Positions 17,163 through 26,275 of a stretch of 64,000 bases of DNA are shown one piece after another. Both the position numbers and the translations under genes were made by a program. The notes beneath the pieces are model-generated. The model was given only the letters and a program-made list of their open reading frames with translations, was not told where the DNA came from and searched no databases. Every line of letters starts with the position of its first letter. Position 1 is the stretch's first letter. Source of the stretch: a virus; the IMG/VR virus record IMGVR_UViG_3300025151_000016; one strand, written 5' to 3'.

Positions 17163-17440
17163 TATCTGTAATCCCGAATGTATACGTCCCAATGCGTTGC
17201 ATTTTCTTTTGGCGTATCTTTTGCCCAACGATGTAAACGTGGACCACGTGGTCTGCACCATACACCTTGTGTAGGACGATCACGATTAATATCAAAGTAT
17301 GGGGATTTGCGATAGTTCTTGATGAAGCTGTTGCGATAAGCAAGTAGTTCTTTAAGTCCAGCAATAGCAGGATCATCAAGAGTTTTAACCGTAAAACGAT
17401 AATTTTCGGATGTACGATTTTTATAAGTTACATAAGCCAT
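17162..17440 (-). CDS. Hypothetical basic protein
   Basis: Coupled ORF in an early operon. Confidence 0.65.
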   Translation of the reverse strand: MAYVTYKNRTSENYRFTVKTLDDPAIAGLKELLAYRNSFIKNYRKSPYFDINRDRPTQGVWCRPRGPRLHRWAKDTPKENATHWDVYIRDYR

Positions 17441-17643
17441 TATGATGCCTCCAGTAACTTTTCAAATTCTATTTCATTTGCTTTTTCTTCACGCTCAACA
17501 TTCTTTTCAAGATCTTCACAAATATCGAGCAACTCAATAATTATTTGAGTACGGGCCATTTGTTGGTTGAATGCTCTACGAGCGAGACTAGACAATTTCT
17601 TTTTCATTGTCATTGCGTCTTGTATATCACGAACTATAATCAT
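17440..17643 (-). CDS. Hypothetical protein
   Basis: AGGAG RBS; first gene behind an early promoter. Confidence 0.7.
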   Translation of the reverse strand: MIIVRDIQDAMTMKKKLSSLARRAFNQQMARTQIIIELLDICEDLEKNVEREEKANEIEFEKLLEAS

Positions 17644-17668
17644 AGTATCTCCTTCATTTATAGATACT

Positions 17669-17728
17669 ATTCTACCACAGTTAAAACCAAATGTAAACCT
17701 TTTTGTTTCGTTTTAAAACAATAACTTA
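17669..17728 (-). promoter_or_regulatory. Early promoter TTTACA-17-TAGAAT with IHF-like site; heads the DNA-modification operon
   Basis: -10 at 17669-17674, -35 at 17692-17697, AAACAA-TAAC-TTA at 17716-17728. Confidence 0.8.
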
Positions 17729-18199
17729 GAATTTTGTTAAGAATTGTGCTATTCTTCCTACAAATGGTAACAGCATAAGTGCCATCATAAGATTCATACC
17801 AGTATGTGCCATAGCTATTCGTAAGGTATCACCTTTTGGCCAGCCATCAGATACAAAGATACCGGCTAACCATATGGTTCCAGTAGTTCCAATGTTAGCT
17901 CCTAACACAGCAGCAACTGCGGCTGGTAGCGGTAAGGCGCCTGAAGCAACTAACGCAATGATTGCAGTAGTTGATAATGAAGACGATTGCCACAAGAGTG
18001 TCATTACTATTCCACCAATAAACATGTATATCGGATTACCTAAAAAGAATTGTAAGTGGTCCATGTTACCCATTGACTTCATACCACCTGAGAATGTTTT
18101 AAGTCCAATGTAAAATATTACTAAGCCAACTAAAGCAGTTATTACGGGATTTCCTAGATCCATTTTCTTTACCTTCTTCCAAAGTTTTTTATTCGACAT
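17726..18199 (-). CDS. Na+/Pi cotransporter family protein (single repeat)
   Basis: LLWQSSSLST and LGANIGTT signatures; hydrophobic. Confidence 0.85.
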   Translation of the reverse strand: MSNKKLWKKVKKMDLGNPVITALVGLVIFYIGLKTFSGGMKSMGNMDHLQFFLGNPIYMFIGGIVMTLLWQSSSLSTTAIIALVASGALPLPAAVAAVLGANIGTTGTIWLAGIFVSDGWPKGDTLRIAMAHTGMNLMMALMLLPFVGRIAQFLTKF

Positions 18200-18200
18200 A

Positions 18201-18614
18201 TTACAAACCTTTATCTAATTCCCCATGATTATCTTCATGGTTCGGTCCTACCCATCCATCAGGCTTCAATAGATCTGGTAGACCAAATGGATTAGGACGT
18301 CCTGGTTTTACGCCAACCTGTTTATTCATATTGGCTTTATATATCTCGTCCCAAGCTTTACTTGCATCAACATTGAATACATCAAGTGTACCGATAGCAA
18401 AAACACATAGATCAATCAAGCCATCTACAATTTCTTCTGAATTACCAGAGTTGGCAGCTTGCATAGTTTCATGTAATTCTTCTTGACACATAAGCAAACG
18501 GAACATAAGGTACTTGTTCATAAGTACTTTATCATCTTTATTCTTTTCAAACCATTCATTGACACCATACTTCTTATGCATGTCTGCCATGTCTTGTACC
18601 CAATTAGTACTCAT
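18201..18614 (-). CDS. MazG-like / PRA-PH-like NTP pyrophosphohydrolase
   Basis: QEELHE...EEIVDGLIDL...ANMNK...DLLKPDGW. Confidence 0.85.
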   Translation of the reverse strand: MSTNWVQDMADMHKKYGVNEWFEKNKDDKVLMNKYLMFRLLMCQEELHETMQAANSGNSEEIVDGLIDLCVFAIGTLDVFNVDASKAWDEIYKANMNKQVGVKPGRPNPFGLPDLLKPDGWVGPNHEDNHGELDKGL

Positions 18615-18638
18615 ACTTTACCCTTTATTGTTTTGTAC

Positions 18639-18667
18639 ATTATATCACCTTTTGCATAGTAAGTAAA
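18639..18667 (-). promoter_or_regulatory. Early promoter TTTACT-17-TATAAT overlapping the gap 3' end
   Basis: -35 at 18662-18667, -10 at 18639-18644. Confidence 0.7.
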
Positions 18668-19626
18668 CCTTTCATGTAGTTTGCAACATCAGCCATTCTA
18701 CAACTAAATGCCCATTCGTTATCATACCAGGCTAATACTCTAACTAAATTATTATTTGATACTCGTGTTTGTTCTGGTGCAAAAATACAACTTTCTTTTG
18801 TTGTATTAAAATCACTGCTTACGAGTGGCAATGGCTCGTAGCCAATAATGCCAGACATATCATTACGTGTGCTTTCATATACATGTTTATTAACAATGCT
18901 TTCAGTAACTTGTTCTTTAACTTGTACTGTTAAATCAATGCAACTTACATTTGGCGTAGGTACTCTTATTGCTCCGCCCATTATTTTACCATTGACAGGA
19001 GGATAAACTTCTCCTAGTGCCTTTGTTGCTCCTGTGCTTGTTGGAATCATATTGACAGCACCTGCTCTTGCTCTATAAGGATCTTTGTGCCTTTTATCTA
19101 TAGTGCTTTGGTCTCCGGTGTAACTATGTATTGTTGTCATTTGTCCTGCTACAATACCACAGGTTTCATCTAATATTTTAACAAGTGGCGCTAAACAGTT
19201 TGTTGTACAACTTGCATTGCTAACAACGTGTTCGTGCTTCTGTATGTCATTATGGTTCACACCATATACTACTGTGCGTTTACATTCTTTAGCAGGCGCA
19301 CTTATGACAACTTTCTTTGCTCCATTTATTGTATGATGCATGCATTCAACACCGTTATTGTAAGCACCCGTACATTCTAATACAACATCAACATTATGCC
19401 ACTTTAGTTTTTTTATATCTCTTTCTTCTGTCCATACCAAAGGTTCATGTATAGGACCTGTGTAACGCCCATGCACACTATCATACTTTAACAAGTGAAG
19501 GTTTACTTCTTCTCCACCTGAAGCATTGATTTGAACTACATTCATATCATTACGTTGGCTCATTATGTGTCTTGCAACACAACGTCCTATACGACCGAAG
19601 CCATTGATACCTATATTAAGTTTCAT
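18640..19626 (-). CDS. gap: Glyceraldehyde-3-phosphate dehydrogenase (type I)
   Basis: GINGFGRIGR, SNASCTTNCLAP catalytic motif, HSYTGDQ, WYDNEW. Confidence 0.95.
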   Translation of the reverse strand: MKLNIGINGFGRIGRCVARHIMSQRNDMNVVQINASGGEEVNLHLLKYDSVHGRYTGPIHEPLVWTEERDIKKLKWHNVDVVLECTGAYNNGVECMHHTINGAKKVVISAPAKECKRTVVYGVNHNDIQKHEHVVSNASCTTNCLAPLVKILDETCGIVAGQMTTIHSYTGDQSTIDKRHKDPYRARAGAVNMIPTSTGATKALGEVYPPVNGKIMGGAIRVPTPNVSCIDLTVQVKEQVTESIVNKHVYESTRNDMSGIIGYEPLPLVSSDFNTTKESCIFAPEQTRVSNNNLVRVLAWYDNEWAFSCRMADVANYMKGLLTMQKVI

Positions 19627-20296
19627 TTATTTTTGGATATATTGCGCTAATTGCTTTAGCTATTACTGTGGCCAGTTCCATATGTTCTTTTTGTGTCCCG
19701 TTTGCAGAACGTAACTCGATATAATGAATCCAGCTACGAATGGTGCCATTAACATAAAGCTTAGAAACTGTGTTCCCTTCTGGCAAGATTGCTCTTGCCT
19801 GTTCTTTTGCGATTCCTCGTTCGAGTGCTTCATTGTAGATCCTCTTTACATGTTCGATTACAAACTTTTGTTGAGCATCCCACCAAGCTTCAAGTGCTGG
19901 ATCGGTTGCTTCAATACTATTCTGACGATTCTTTTCGTCCTGTAGTCGTGCTTCTCTTAAAACAAAATCATTATTAAGATCATTGATGCTAGCATACCGC
20001 TGAGAAAACTCTTGAAATGAAAACGATCTGTGCCTGAGGAACTGCCTTGCGATGTCTCTTGTCGTTGTGACTTCGACACAGCAGCTTGCCATTTCGAATG
20101 GTGACCAGTGCTTGTGCTTGATGAGGTAGTCAAGTAACTTTCTCGTTGTTTTGGTGTTAGCCTGGTTCGATGGATTGGAGACACGGGCGCAATACGCGAT
20201 GAGGTCTTGCGTGTTGTCGAGGCCCATGATACCGAGTTCACCGGAGTGTATGTGCCGAACAGGTTGTGAGTATGAGATGAGACGTGCATGCGTCAA
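19616..20296 (-). CDS. thyX: Flavin-dependent thymidylate synthase
   Basis: HWSPFE, RHRSFSFQEFSQRY, TQKEH. Confidence 0.95.
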   Translation of the reverse strand: MTHARLISYSQPVRHIHSGELGIMGLDNTQDLIAYCARVSNPSNQANTKTTRKLLDYLIKHKHWSPFEMASCCVEVTTTRDIARQFLRHRSFSFQEFSQRYASINDLNNDFVLREARLQDEKNRQNSIEATDPALEAWWDAQQKFVIEHVKRIYNEALERGIAKEQARAILPEGNTVSKLYVNGTIRSWIHYIELRSANGTQKEHMELATVIAKAISAIYPKINET

Positions 20297-20529
20297 TGCA
20301 GCGAGCCTCCCTCAGCAGACAACGTTTTTACATTATCTGAGTTATCTACAATTGCCTGAATCATATCGTTATAGTCGCCTTCAGTTAACATTGTCTTCCA
20401 CATGGAAAGAGATATTGTATTAAACACTGCAGCGATAGCGAGTGGTTCATTTTCAAAAAGTAAATCATCTGCGAAGTTCATTACTTTTTTGTATAATTTT
20501 TCTACATCTTGTATTTTATCATCTTGCAT
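20293..20529 (-). CDS. Hypothetical protein
   Basis: 78 aa coupled ORF. Confidence 0.65.
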   Translation of the reverse strand: MQDDKIQDVEKLYKKVMNFADDLLFENEPLAIAAVFNTISLSMWKTMLTEGDYNDMIQAIVDNSDNVKTLSAEGGSLH

Positions 20530-20530
20530 T

Positions 20531-21904
20531 TTATTCTACCTTAAAGTCCTTAAATCTTTCATTCATTTTTGTTTTGTCAAAAGTTGGAGTATCATCAACT
20601 AATCCATCAGAGCCGCCGTCTGCGTCCTCTAGCCTCATCTTGGAGCGATCTACTTTTATCGCGAACCGTTTATATTGGGTCGGATCGTTATAACGATTCT
20701 TTAATTGTTTCACTAGTATCTGGCCAAGCGAGTTTAGTTCTTCGTTTGAAATAAGTGCGAACATGAGGTCGGCTGTAGCGGGTAATCCAAAAGACTCGCT
20801 CGTGTCTTCAAGCCCAATATCCGAAGAAGAATAACCTGCACGAGTCGTCTGTGTTGCAGATACGATCGGTACGTCAAACTCCACCGCGAGACCTCGTATC
20901 TCCTCAGCAATTGCTTTAATGTAGGAGTATGAGTTGATTGCACCGCCCATTCCTTTCATTCTACTAGATGCACAAATATTTAAATAATCAATAAAGATAA
21001 TGTCAGGTATGAAGTTCTTCTTTAACTTCAATTCATTTAACAAAGCACGGAAGTGAGATGTGTTTGCTTGGCCAGTAGGATATTCCTTAATGATAAGCTT
21101 ACCGTTAGTACGAGCAGCAATAGTGGAAACCTTATTGGTTAGCATTTCTTTGGAAAGATGTTCTAGCTGATCAATCGGTACGTCAAGTAGATTAGCATCC
21201 ATACGTTCAGCGATTCTTTCCTCACTCATTTCCATAGTTATGTATAGGACATTCTTGCCTTGAGTTAAAGCCGATGCACCAACATGACACATGAATAGAG
21301 ATTTACCTACACCGGTACCAGCAAGAGCAATGTTGAGTGTTTTATTTGGAAGACCACCTTTTGTAATCTTATTAAAGAACTCAAGATCAAATGGAATCCT
21401 TTCCTCTTGCTCATGATAGAAATCATAACGTTCACCGACATTTTCAATATAGTCGTGACCAATGTTAGTATCAAAGGAAACAGCCAAAGCTTTTGATAGA
21501 ATATCTGGTAAGGCATTCTTTGTAAGAGTCTGGTGTTTACCATCAATAATTGTAATTGATTGCATGATAGCATTATAGACTGCACGATCTTGACACCACT
21601 TTTCTGTAGTATCAACTAACCACTTATCATCAATCTGTTCTGTATCAAATATGCCAGGCATAATCTCCACAGCATGACGATACTGTTCATCATTAAATTT
21701 ATCTGATTGATCTAACTCAATCTTAAATGATTCTTGAGTTGGCAGTTTATTATACTTCGCAACATACTTAGCAATCTCTTTAAATAGTTGCTGATAAACG
21801 CCTTCAAAATAGTCTGGTTGCACAAACGGCATTACCTTGCGTGTATACTTCTCGTTAGTGAGAAGGTTACGCAAGATAGTTTGTTCAATGTTAATATTAT
21901 TCAC
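20531..21904 (-). CDS. gp41: Replicative DNA helicase (T4 gp41)
   Basis: AGTGVGKS Walker A, IFIDYLNI, SATQTTR, SESFGLPATAD. Confidence 0.95.
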   Translation of the reverse strand: MNNINIEQTILRNLLTNEKYTRKVMPFVQPDYFEGVYQQLFKEIAKYVAKYNKLPTQESFKIELDQSDKFNDEQYRHAVEIMPGIFDTEQIDDKWLVDTTEKWCQDRAVYNAIMQSITIIDGKHQTLTKNALPDILSKALAVSFDTNIGHDYIENVGERYDFYHEQEERIPFDLEFFNKITKGGLPNKTLNIALAGTGVGKSLFMCHVGASALTQGKNVLYITMEMSEERIAERMDANLLDVPIDQLEHLSKEMLTNKVSTIAARTNGKLIIKEYPTGQANTSHFRALLNELKLKKNFIPDIIFIDYLNICASSRMKGMGGAINSYSYIKAIAEEIRGLAVEFDVPIVSATQTTRAGYSSSDIGLEDTSESFGLPATADLMFALISNEELNSLGQILVKQLKNRYNDPTQYKRFAIKVDRSKMRLEDADGGSDGLVDDTPTFDKTKMNERFKDFKVE

Positions 21905-22085
21905 GTTCGGATAGTTCCTTTATACGTTTATATGCGTTCTGTAATTGTTCTTGTAAATCTCTTACATTCTTCTTTAATAAATTAATCTCTGCTATCATTT
22001 GACCAGCGTTATTCATAGGAACCTCCCAATATTCTTTTTGCTCTTTAGTGTGAGCCATTGCGTCAATATCATCTTTACTTATCAT
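21897..22085 (-). CDS. Hypothetical coiled-coil protein
   Basis: Short ORF behind an early promoter. Confidence 0.6.
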   Translation of the reverse strand: MISKDDIDAMAHTKEQKEYWEVPMNNAGQMIAEINLLKKNVRDLQEQLQNAYKRIKELSERE

Positions 22086-22090
22086 AATTT

Positions 22091-22119
22091 ATTCTACCAC
22101 AGTTTTCATAGAAAGTAAA
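22091..22119 (-). promoter_or_regulatory. Early promoter TTTACT-17-TAGAAT
   Basis: -35 at 22114-22119, -10 at 22091-22096. Confidence 0.75.
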
Positions 22120-22122
22120 CCA

Positions 22123-22554
22123 TTATTGATTGTGTCCTCTACTCGTAGATAATATTTGAATAGAAGTTTCATCTGCCCATCCGTCATCCACTATTGCGGG
22201 TCCATGTCCTGTTCCATCAGGAGCAGCTGGTTCTTCCTCATCTAGCTTTACTTCTATTTGTTTGTCTTCCATGTTTTCATTTAAAGTTGACATCAATATG
22301 CTATGTAAGATATGACTAGCTGTTTTATCTAATCCAGGATCACCAGCCTTCACCCAATCAATTGGAGTATATTCTAAGCTATAATCAAACTTAAGTTCCA
22401 TTGTTTGTTCGTTTATCTTAATGCTAGTGTAACTAATATGACAACTCGAATAATCGCCTGTAAGTATTTCAATATGCCAGTAATCATCCTTTTCAGGAAT
22501 TAATCTGTAGTTTCTATTCTCTACCCACTCTTCAGTTATTTTCGTTTTGACCAT
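22123..22554 (-). CDS. gp40-like protein (paralog 2)
   Basis: Lies between uvsX and gp41, where T4 has gp40; similar pattern to its neighbour. Confidence 0.5.
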   Translation of the reverse strand: MVKTKITEEWVENRNYRLIPEKDDYWHIEILTGDYSSCHISYTSIKINEQTMELKFDYSLEYTPIDWVKAGDPGLDKTASHILHSILMSTLNENMEDKQIEVKLDEEEPAAPDGTGHGPAIVDDGWADETSIQILSTSRGHNQ

Positions 22555-22849
22555 AGATCAATGTCCCGTTTGCTAAATTAGTTTTTATTAAATCTTCAAG
22601 AATGATTCCAGCGTAGTCTTTAAACTCTGGATCTTCTGCACTTAAATTACTTATAGGAGTTTGACGGATAGCTAGCGTAAATGCTAACTTATTATTTACA
22701 CCATCAAACTTTACGTTACCAAAGGCGCATATCGTACCTTTATATTTACTTTCACGAAACTCAACTTCCCAAGCTTGTGAATTATCAACGCCGTCCATCT
22801 TATGCAGGACATAATGAATACCTTCACTTACTTTATCTAAGTTAATCAT
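22532..22849 (-). CDS. gp40-like protein (paralog 1)
   Basis: Y.L...W.VE...Y.G...FG.VKF pattern; syntenic with T4 gp40. Confidence 0.5.
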   Translation of the reverse strand: MINLDKVSEGIHYVLHKMDGVDNSQAWEVEFRESKYKGTICAFGNVKFDGVNNKLAFTLAIRQTPISNLSAEDPEFKDYAGIILEDLIKTNLANGTLIYGQNENN

Positions 22850-23001
22850 TTCGCTAAGCTCTTACGTAATTCAGATCCTTCAAAGTTATTCATGCTTGCA
22901 TACTTTTTTAGTACTTCGTTTTCAGGATCTAAACGCTTCAACTCACGAGCAAGTTGGTCAATCATTTCGTAATCCATTTTTGTTTTAATATGCTTACCCA
23001 T
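22846..23001 (-). CDS. Hypothetical 51-aa protein
   Basis: Read by hand (MGKHIKTKMDYEMIDQLAREL...); TAATG/ATGA coupling on both sides. Confidence 0.65.
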   Translation of the reverse strand: MGKHIKTKMDYEMIDQLARELKRLDPENEVLKKYASMNNFEGSELRKSLAK

Positions 23002-24047
23002 TATTCTGCCTCAACAATAGTATCTGGATCTACCAGTGCTTTATGACCAATTGAATACTGCTTCTTAATAAACTCGCTGAACGCTGTTGTTTCAAAGATA
23101 GGATCCCAAAACTCTTTTTCTAGAGTTTGATCATATCGTACTTTACCAAACTCTTGGCCATCAGGACCATTAGCTTGTTGATACCAACCAGCCGAAGGTT
23201 TAGTAACATATCCACCAGCAAGAGCTACGTCAAGAAGACCGCTGTAACTTTGAACTCCACCTTCCCAAGATACGGAGATAGGAATCTTTGATTTTTCTTT
23301 TACATAACGAGACTTATCAACATTAATTACAAAGTCATAGCCTGTAATCTCTGTACCCTTTTTATTTTGCCTACGTCCAATGATCCAAATGTTATCGGCT
23401 GAGTAGTAGATACCTGTTCCACCACCTACGATATCTTTTGGAAATAATCCTATTTCTTTATAAGTATGATTAACTGCTATTAAAGGAATATCCTTCATAG
23501 TCAAGTAAGGTGTTACCATACGGAACAAACCTTTGAGTGCTTTTGCTCTTGACATATCAGCCACAGACTTTTCATTCAATGCATCTTCAAGTTCTTTCTT
23601 CGATGCAAGGTTACCAATACTATCAATAACAATAACAACTCGATCATTGCGATCAAGTTCTTCGAGTTGACCAACAAGATCAAACTTTAGTTCTTCTACA
23701 TTTGCAATAGGTGTATGCAATACACGCTGTACATCAATATCAAATTGTTCAAAGTAAGATTGTGGTGAACCAAACTCAGAATCATAAAATAGCATGACTG
23801 CATCAGGATACTTTTTCATGTATGCGCTAGCCATGAGTAAACCAAAAGAAGTCTTAAAGTGTTTTGACGGACCAGCCAATACTGTAAGGCCTGGAGTTAA
23901 CCCACCGTCAACTGAACCAGATAAAGCAACGTTTACCATTGGTACATCTGTTGGAACCATATCTTTTTCAGTAAAGAACTTTGATTCGCCAAGAACTTCG
24001 GTAGACTTAATCTTCGAGTTCTTTTTTAATTTATCCATAATTGACAT
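23001..24047 (-). CDS. uvsX: RecA-like recombinase UvsX
   Basis: AGPSKHFKT, FYDSEFG, IDSIGNLASKKE, GGGTGIYYSAD. Confidence 0.95.
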   Translation of the reverse strand: MSIMDKLKKNSKIKSTEVLGESKFFTEKDMVPTDVPMVNVALSGSVDGGLTPGLTVLAGPSKHFKTSFGLLMASAYMKKYPDAVMLFYDSEFGSPQSYFEQFDIDVQRVLHTPIANVEELKFDLVGQLEELDRNDRVVIVIDSIGNLASKKELEDALNEKSVADMSRAKALKGLFRMVTPYLTMKDIPLIAVNHTYKEIGLFPKDIVGGGTGIYYSADNIWIIGRRQNKKGTEITGYDFVINVDKSRYVKEKSKIPISVSWEGGVQSYSGLLDVALAGGYVTKPSAGWYQQANGPDGQEFGKVRYDQTLEKEFWDPIFETTAFSEFIKKQYSIGHKALVDPDTIVEAE

Positions 24048-24834
24048 TTTGTTCTCTTTCTCTATCGTCTAATTCGTAACATTTGCGATACTCATTGTTT
24101 ATTCTAATACATTTTTCAATAATTGTAAACCCCTTATCGAAATTTACTAGAGCTGCAGTGTCCTTTGGAAAGCATGCGCCACCATATCCTTGCTTACCAT
24201 CTGGCCCAGGAACTTTAGTATGCGAATGTCCAATACGTGAATCAGTACCAATAGCTTTTACGACCTTATTAAATGTTTGTCCTTGACGAGCAATTGAATC
24301 ATATAACTGATTGAAGAATGTAACCTTTAATGCTAAGAAAGAATTTATGCCATACTTTACAAAGCTGGCTTCTTTCGGAGTCATCTTATATACAGGACAT
24401 GGTGTACATAGGCTATACTCATCATAAATCTTTTCTAAGAAATTAGTGTTTACTTCGTTTCCACCAAAGACATGAAACTCTGGACGAATAAAATCTTCGT
24501 TAGCAGCTTTTTCTGTAAGAAACTCTGGATTGTAAATGAGATTATATTTTTCAAACTTATCAAAGAAAGTAGGAACGACGGTTGACTTTATTACGATAGG
24601 AATATTAGGACCAAGCGCAAGAACAACTTCAGTTAAAATAGAATCGTCAATAGATCCATCTTCACCAAACGGCGTAGGCACACAAACAAATGCAACACTG
24701 TACTTTGTAATATCAAGTTCATGTACACTATTTCCATACTTTGGATCTACAATATACTTTTGTAACTTAGGATGATTAAATCCATAGTCTACAGCTTTAC
24801 CAACAAACCCATGGCCTACAATTATCATCTTCAT
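24031..24834 (-). CDS. ugd: UDP-glucose 6-dehydrogenase (short form)
   Basis: Start MKMIIVGHGFVG at 24834; CVPTP, IKSTV, YNPEFL, GYGGACFPKD. Confidence 0.85.
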   Translation of the reverse strand: MKMIIVGHGFVGKAVDYGFNHPKLQKYIVDPKYGNSVHELDITKYSVAFVCVPTPFGEDGSIDDSILTEVVLALGPNIPIVIKSTVVPTFFDKFEKYNLIYNPEFLTEKAANEDFIRPEFHVFGGNEVNTNFLEKIYDEYSLCTPCPVYKMTPKEASFVKYGINSFLALKVTFFNQLYDSIARQGQTFNKVVKAIGTDSRIGHSHTKVPGPDGKQGYGGACFPKDTAALVNFDKGFTIIEKCIRINNEYRKCYELDDREREQNVNYG

Positions 24835-24835
24835 A

Positions 24836-25264
24836 TTACGCCCCTTCATTTTGTGCCACTCGTCTACGTAGATCACTACTACTAAATCTATGTTCACGCT
24901 TATTAAAATATAAACGAATACCTTTACGACGACATACTTCTTTACCAGTAAAATCTTTGTTCTTGTATTCTTCACCCATGATTTTTACATTTATGTCAAA
25001 CATTTCTAATATGTCAATCACGTCATTTTCACCTTGATAACAAACTATCTCATCAACGTATTTTACACCAGCCAATTGAACATAACGTTCTACCAATGTT
25101 TGTACTGGTGCATTCTTATCATCTCTGTCAAGAGAAGGATCTACCTGTAGACCACATATAAGATAATCACAAATAGTTTTAGCTTCACGTAACATTGCTA
25201 CATGACCAGCATGTAATAAATCAAATGTAGATAATGTTAAGCCAATTGTTTTAGTAGATTCCAT
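24836..25264 (-). CDS. Cytidylyltransferase (TagD-like)
   Basis: TFDLLHAGH (HxGH) and RFSSSDLR. Confidence 0.85.
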   Translation of the reverse strand: MESTKTIGLTLSTFDLLHAGHVAMLREAKTICDYLICGLQVDPSLDRDDKNAPVQTLVERYVQLAGVKYVDEIVCYQGENDVIDILEMFDINVKIMGEEYKNKDFTGKEVCRRKGIRLYFNKREHRFSSSDLRRRVAQNEGA

Positions 25265-25941
25265 GTTTCTTCCCATGTTTTAACTTGATGTACGCCTTGT
25301 CCAGCTGAGGCAAGAGCCCAAGATAGTTTATAGTCATTGCCACCCGGTTCCATTTTGTCACCAAAGAATTCAATACGATCATTTTCTAAATCAAAGTCAC
25401 GTGTTATTTGTGACTTGTCACAGCCAGGTAATGTAATATCGATTCCAGTATCACCTGCAACTTCAAATAATATATGTGGGTATCTTTCTTGCATTGTAGT
25501 TGCAATCTGTACGCGTTCACTTTGATGATAATCCCATTCTTTGTACATAGCTCTTTCTTCAAGCGTATTGTTTCTTCCTAGGATACTAAAGTTTACAAGA
25601 CCAGGACGTTGATCAAAATGCATACCAGTTTTGCAGGGAAACTTTGATTTGAGTATATAATCTCTTAGATCAAACTCTACGTCTAAAGGTAGTGCAAAAA
25701 TTCCAGAATGCAAGTTCTTATCCTGTCGCCAAACATCGTTTCCTGAACAATTATAAACCTTTTCACATAGATTGTAAATAGTAGATCCTATTTGTTCTAA
25801 TGTTTTTTTCCTATCTGAACCAGTAACTAGATAGCACGTATTGTTCGTAGCAAAATCCTCGAACCATTTTGCAAATACAGAATCTATTTTCATTCTGCTT
25901 TCTGTTAAAGTACCATCCACATCAAATATAAACTTACGCAT
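25237..25941 (-). CDS. HAD-IIB phosphomannomutase-like protein
   Basis: FDVDGTLT, LVTGSD, FFGDKMEPGGND; start MRKF at 25941. Confidence 0.85.
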   Translation of the reverse strand: MRKFIFDVDGTLTESRMKIDSVFAKWFEDFATNNTCYLVTGSDRKKTLEQIGSTIYNLCEKVYNCSGNDVWRQDKNLHSGIFALPLDVEFDLRDYILKSKFPCKTGMHFDQRPGLVNFSILGRNNTLEERAMYKEWDYHQSERVQIATTMQERYPHILFEVAGDTGIDITLPGCDKSQITRDFDLENDRIEFFGDKMEPGGNDYKLSWALASAGQGVHQVKTWEETWNLLKQLA

Positions 25942-26275
25942 AACCAACTGTCTCTCTCTGTATATCGTTATGATTAAACTCTGCCCAATACAATTCAAAG
26001 GCAACACCATCTTTTAAACATTCAAATTGATGATAAACACCGGGCTTGACTTTTGTGTATTCACCTGGTTCTAGTATTGTTTCATCAACCAAGTCATAAT
26101 CATTTTGCCATACACGAATAAGCATACGACCAGACTCAACATAGAATCCATTCCATTTAAACTCGTGTAGATGTTTGGAGCAAACACCACCTTTATTCAT
26201 TTCAATTCTATGAAACTCAAGAACACCATTCATTTCAATCTGTTCTGTAAGTCCCCATACTTTACCTGCTTTCAT
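25934..26275 (-). CDS. Cupin (sugar isomerase-like)
   Basis: KVWG, CSKHLH..KWNGFYVESG, VKPGVYHQF. Confidence 0.8.
   Translation of the reverse strand: MKAGKVWGLTEQIEMNGVLEFHRIEMNKGGVCSKHLHEFKWNGFYVESGRMLIRVWQNDYDLVDETILEPGEYTKVKPGVYHQFECLKDGVAFELYWAEFNHNDIQRETVGYA

Noticed and set aside
24835-24975. Long N-terminal extension of ugd in the ORF track (similar cases for PMM, GIY-YIG, C5-MTase)
   Set aside because: Overlaps the upstream gene; the family motifs begin at internal, coupled ATGs
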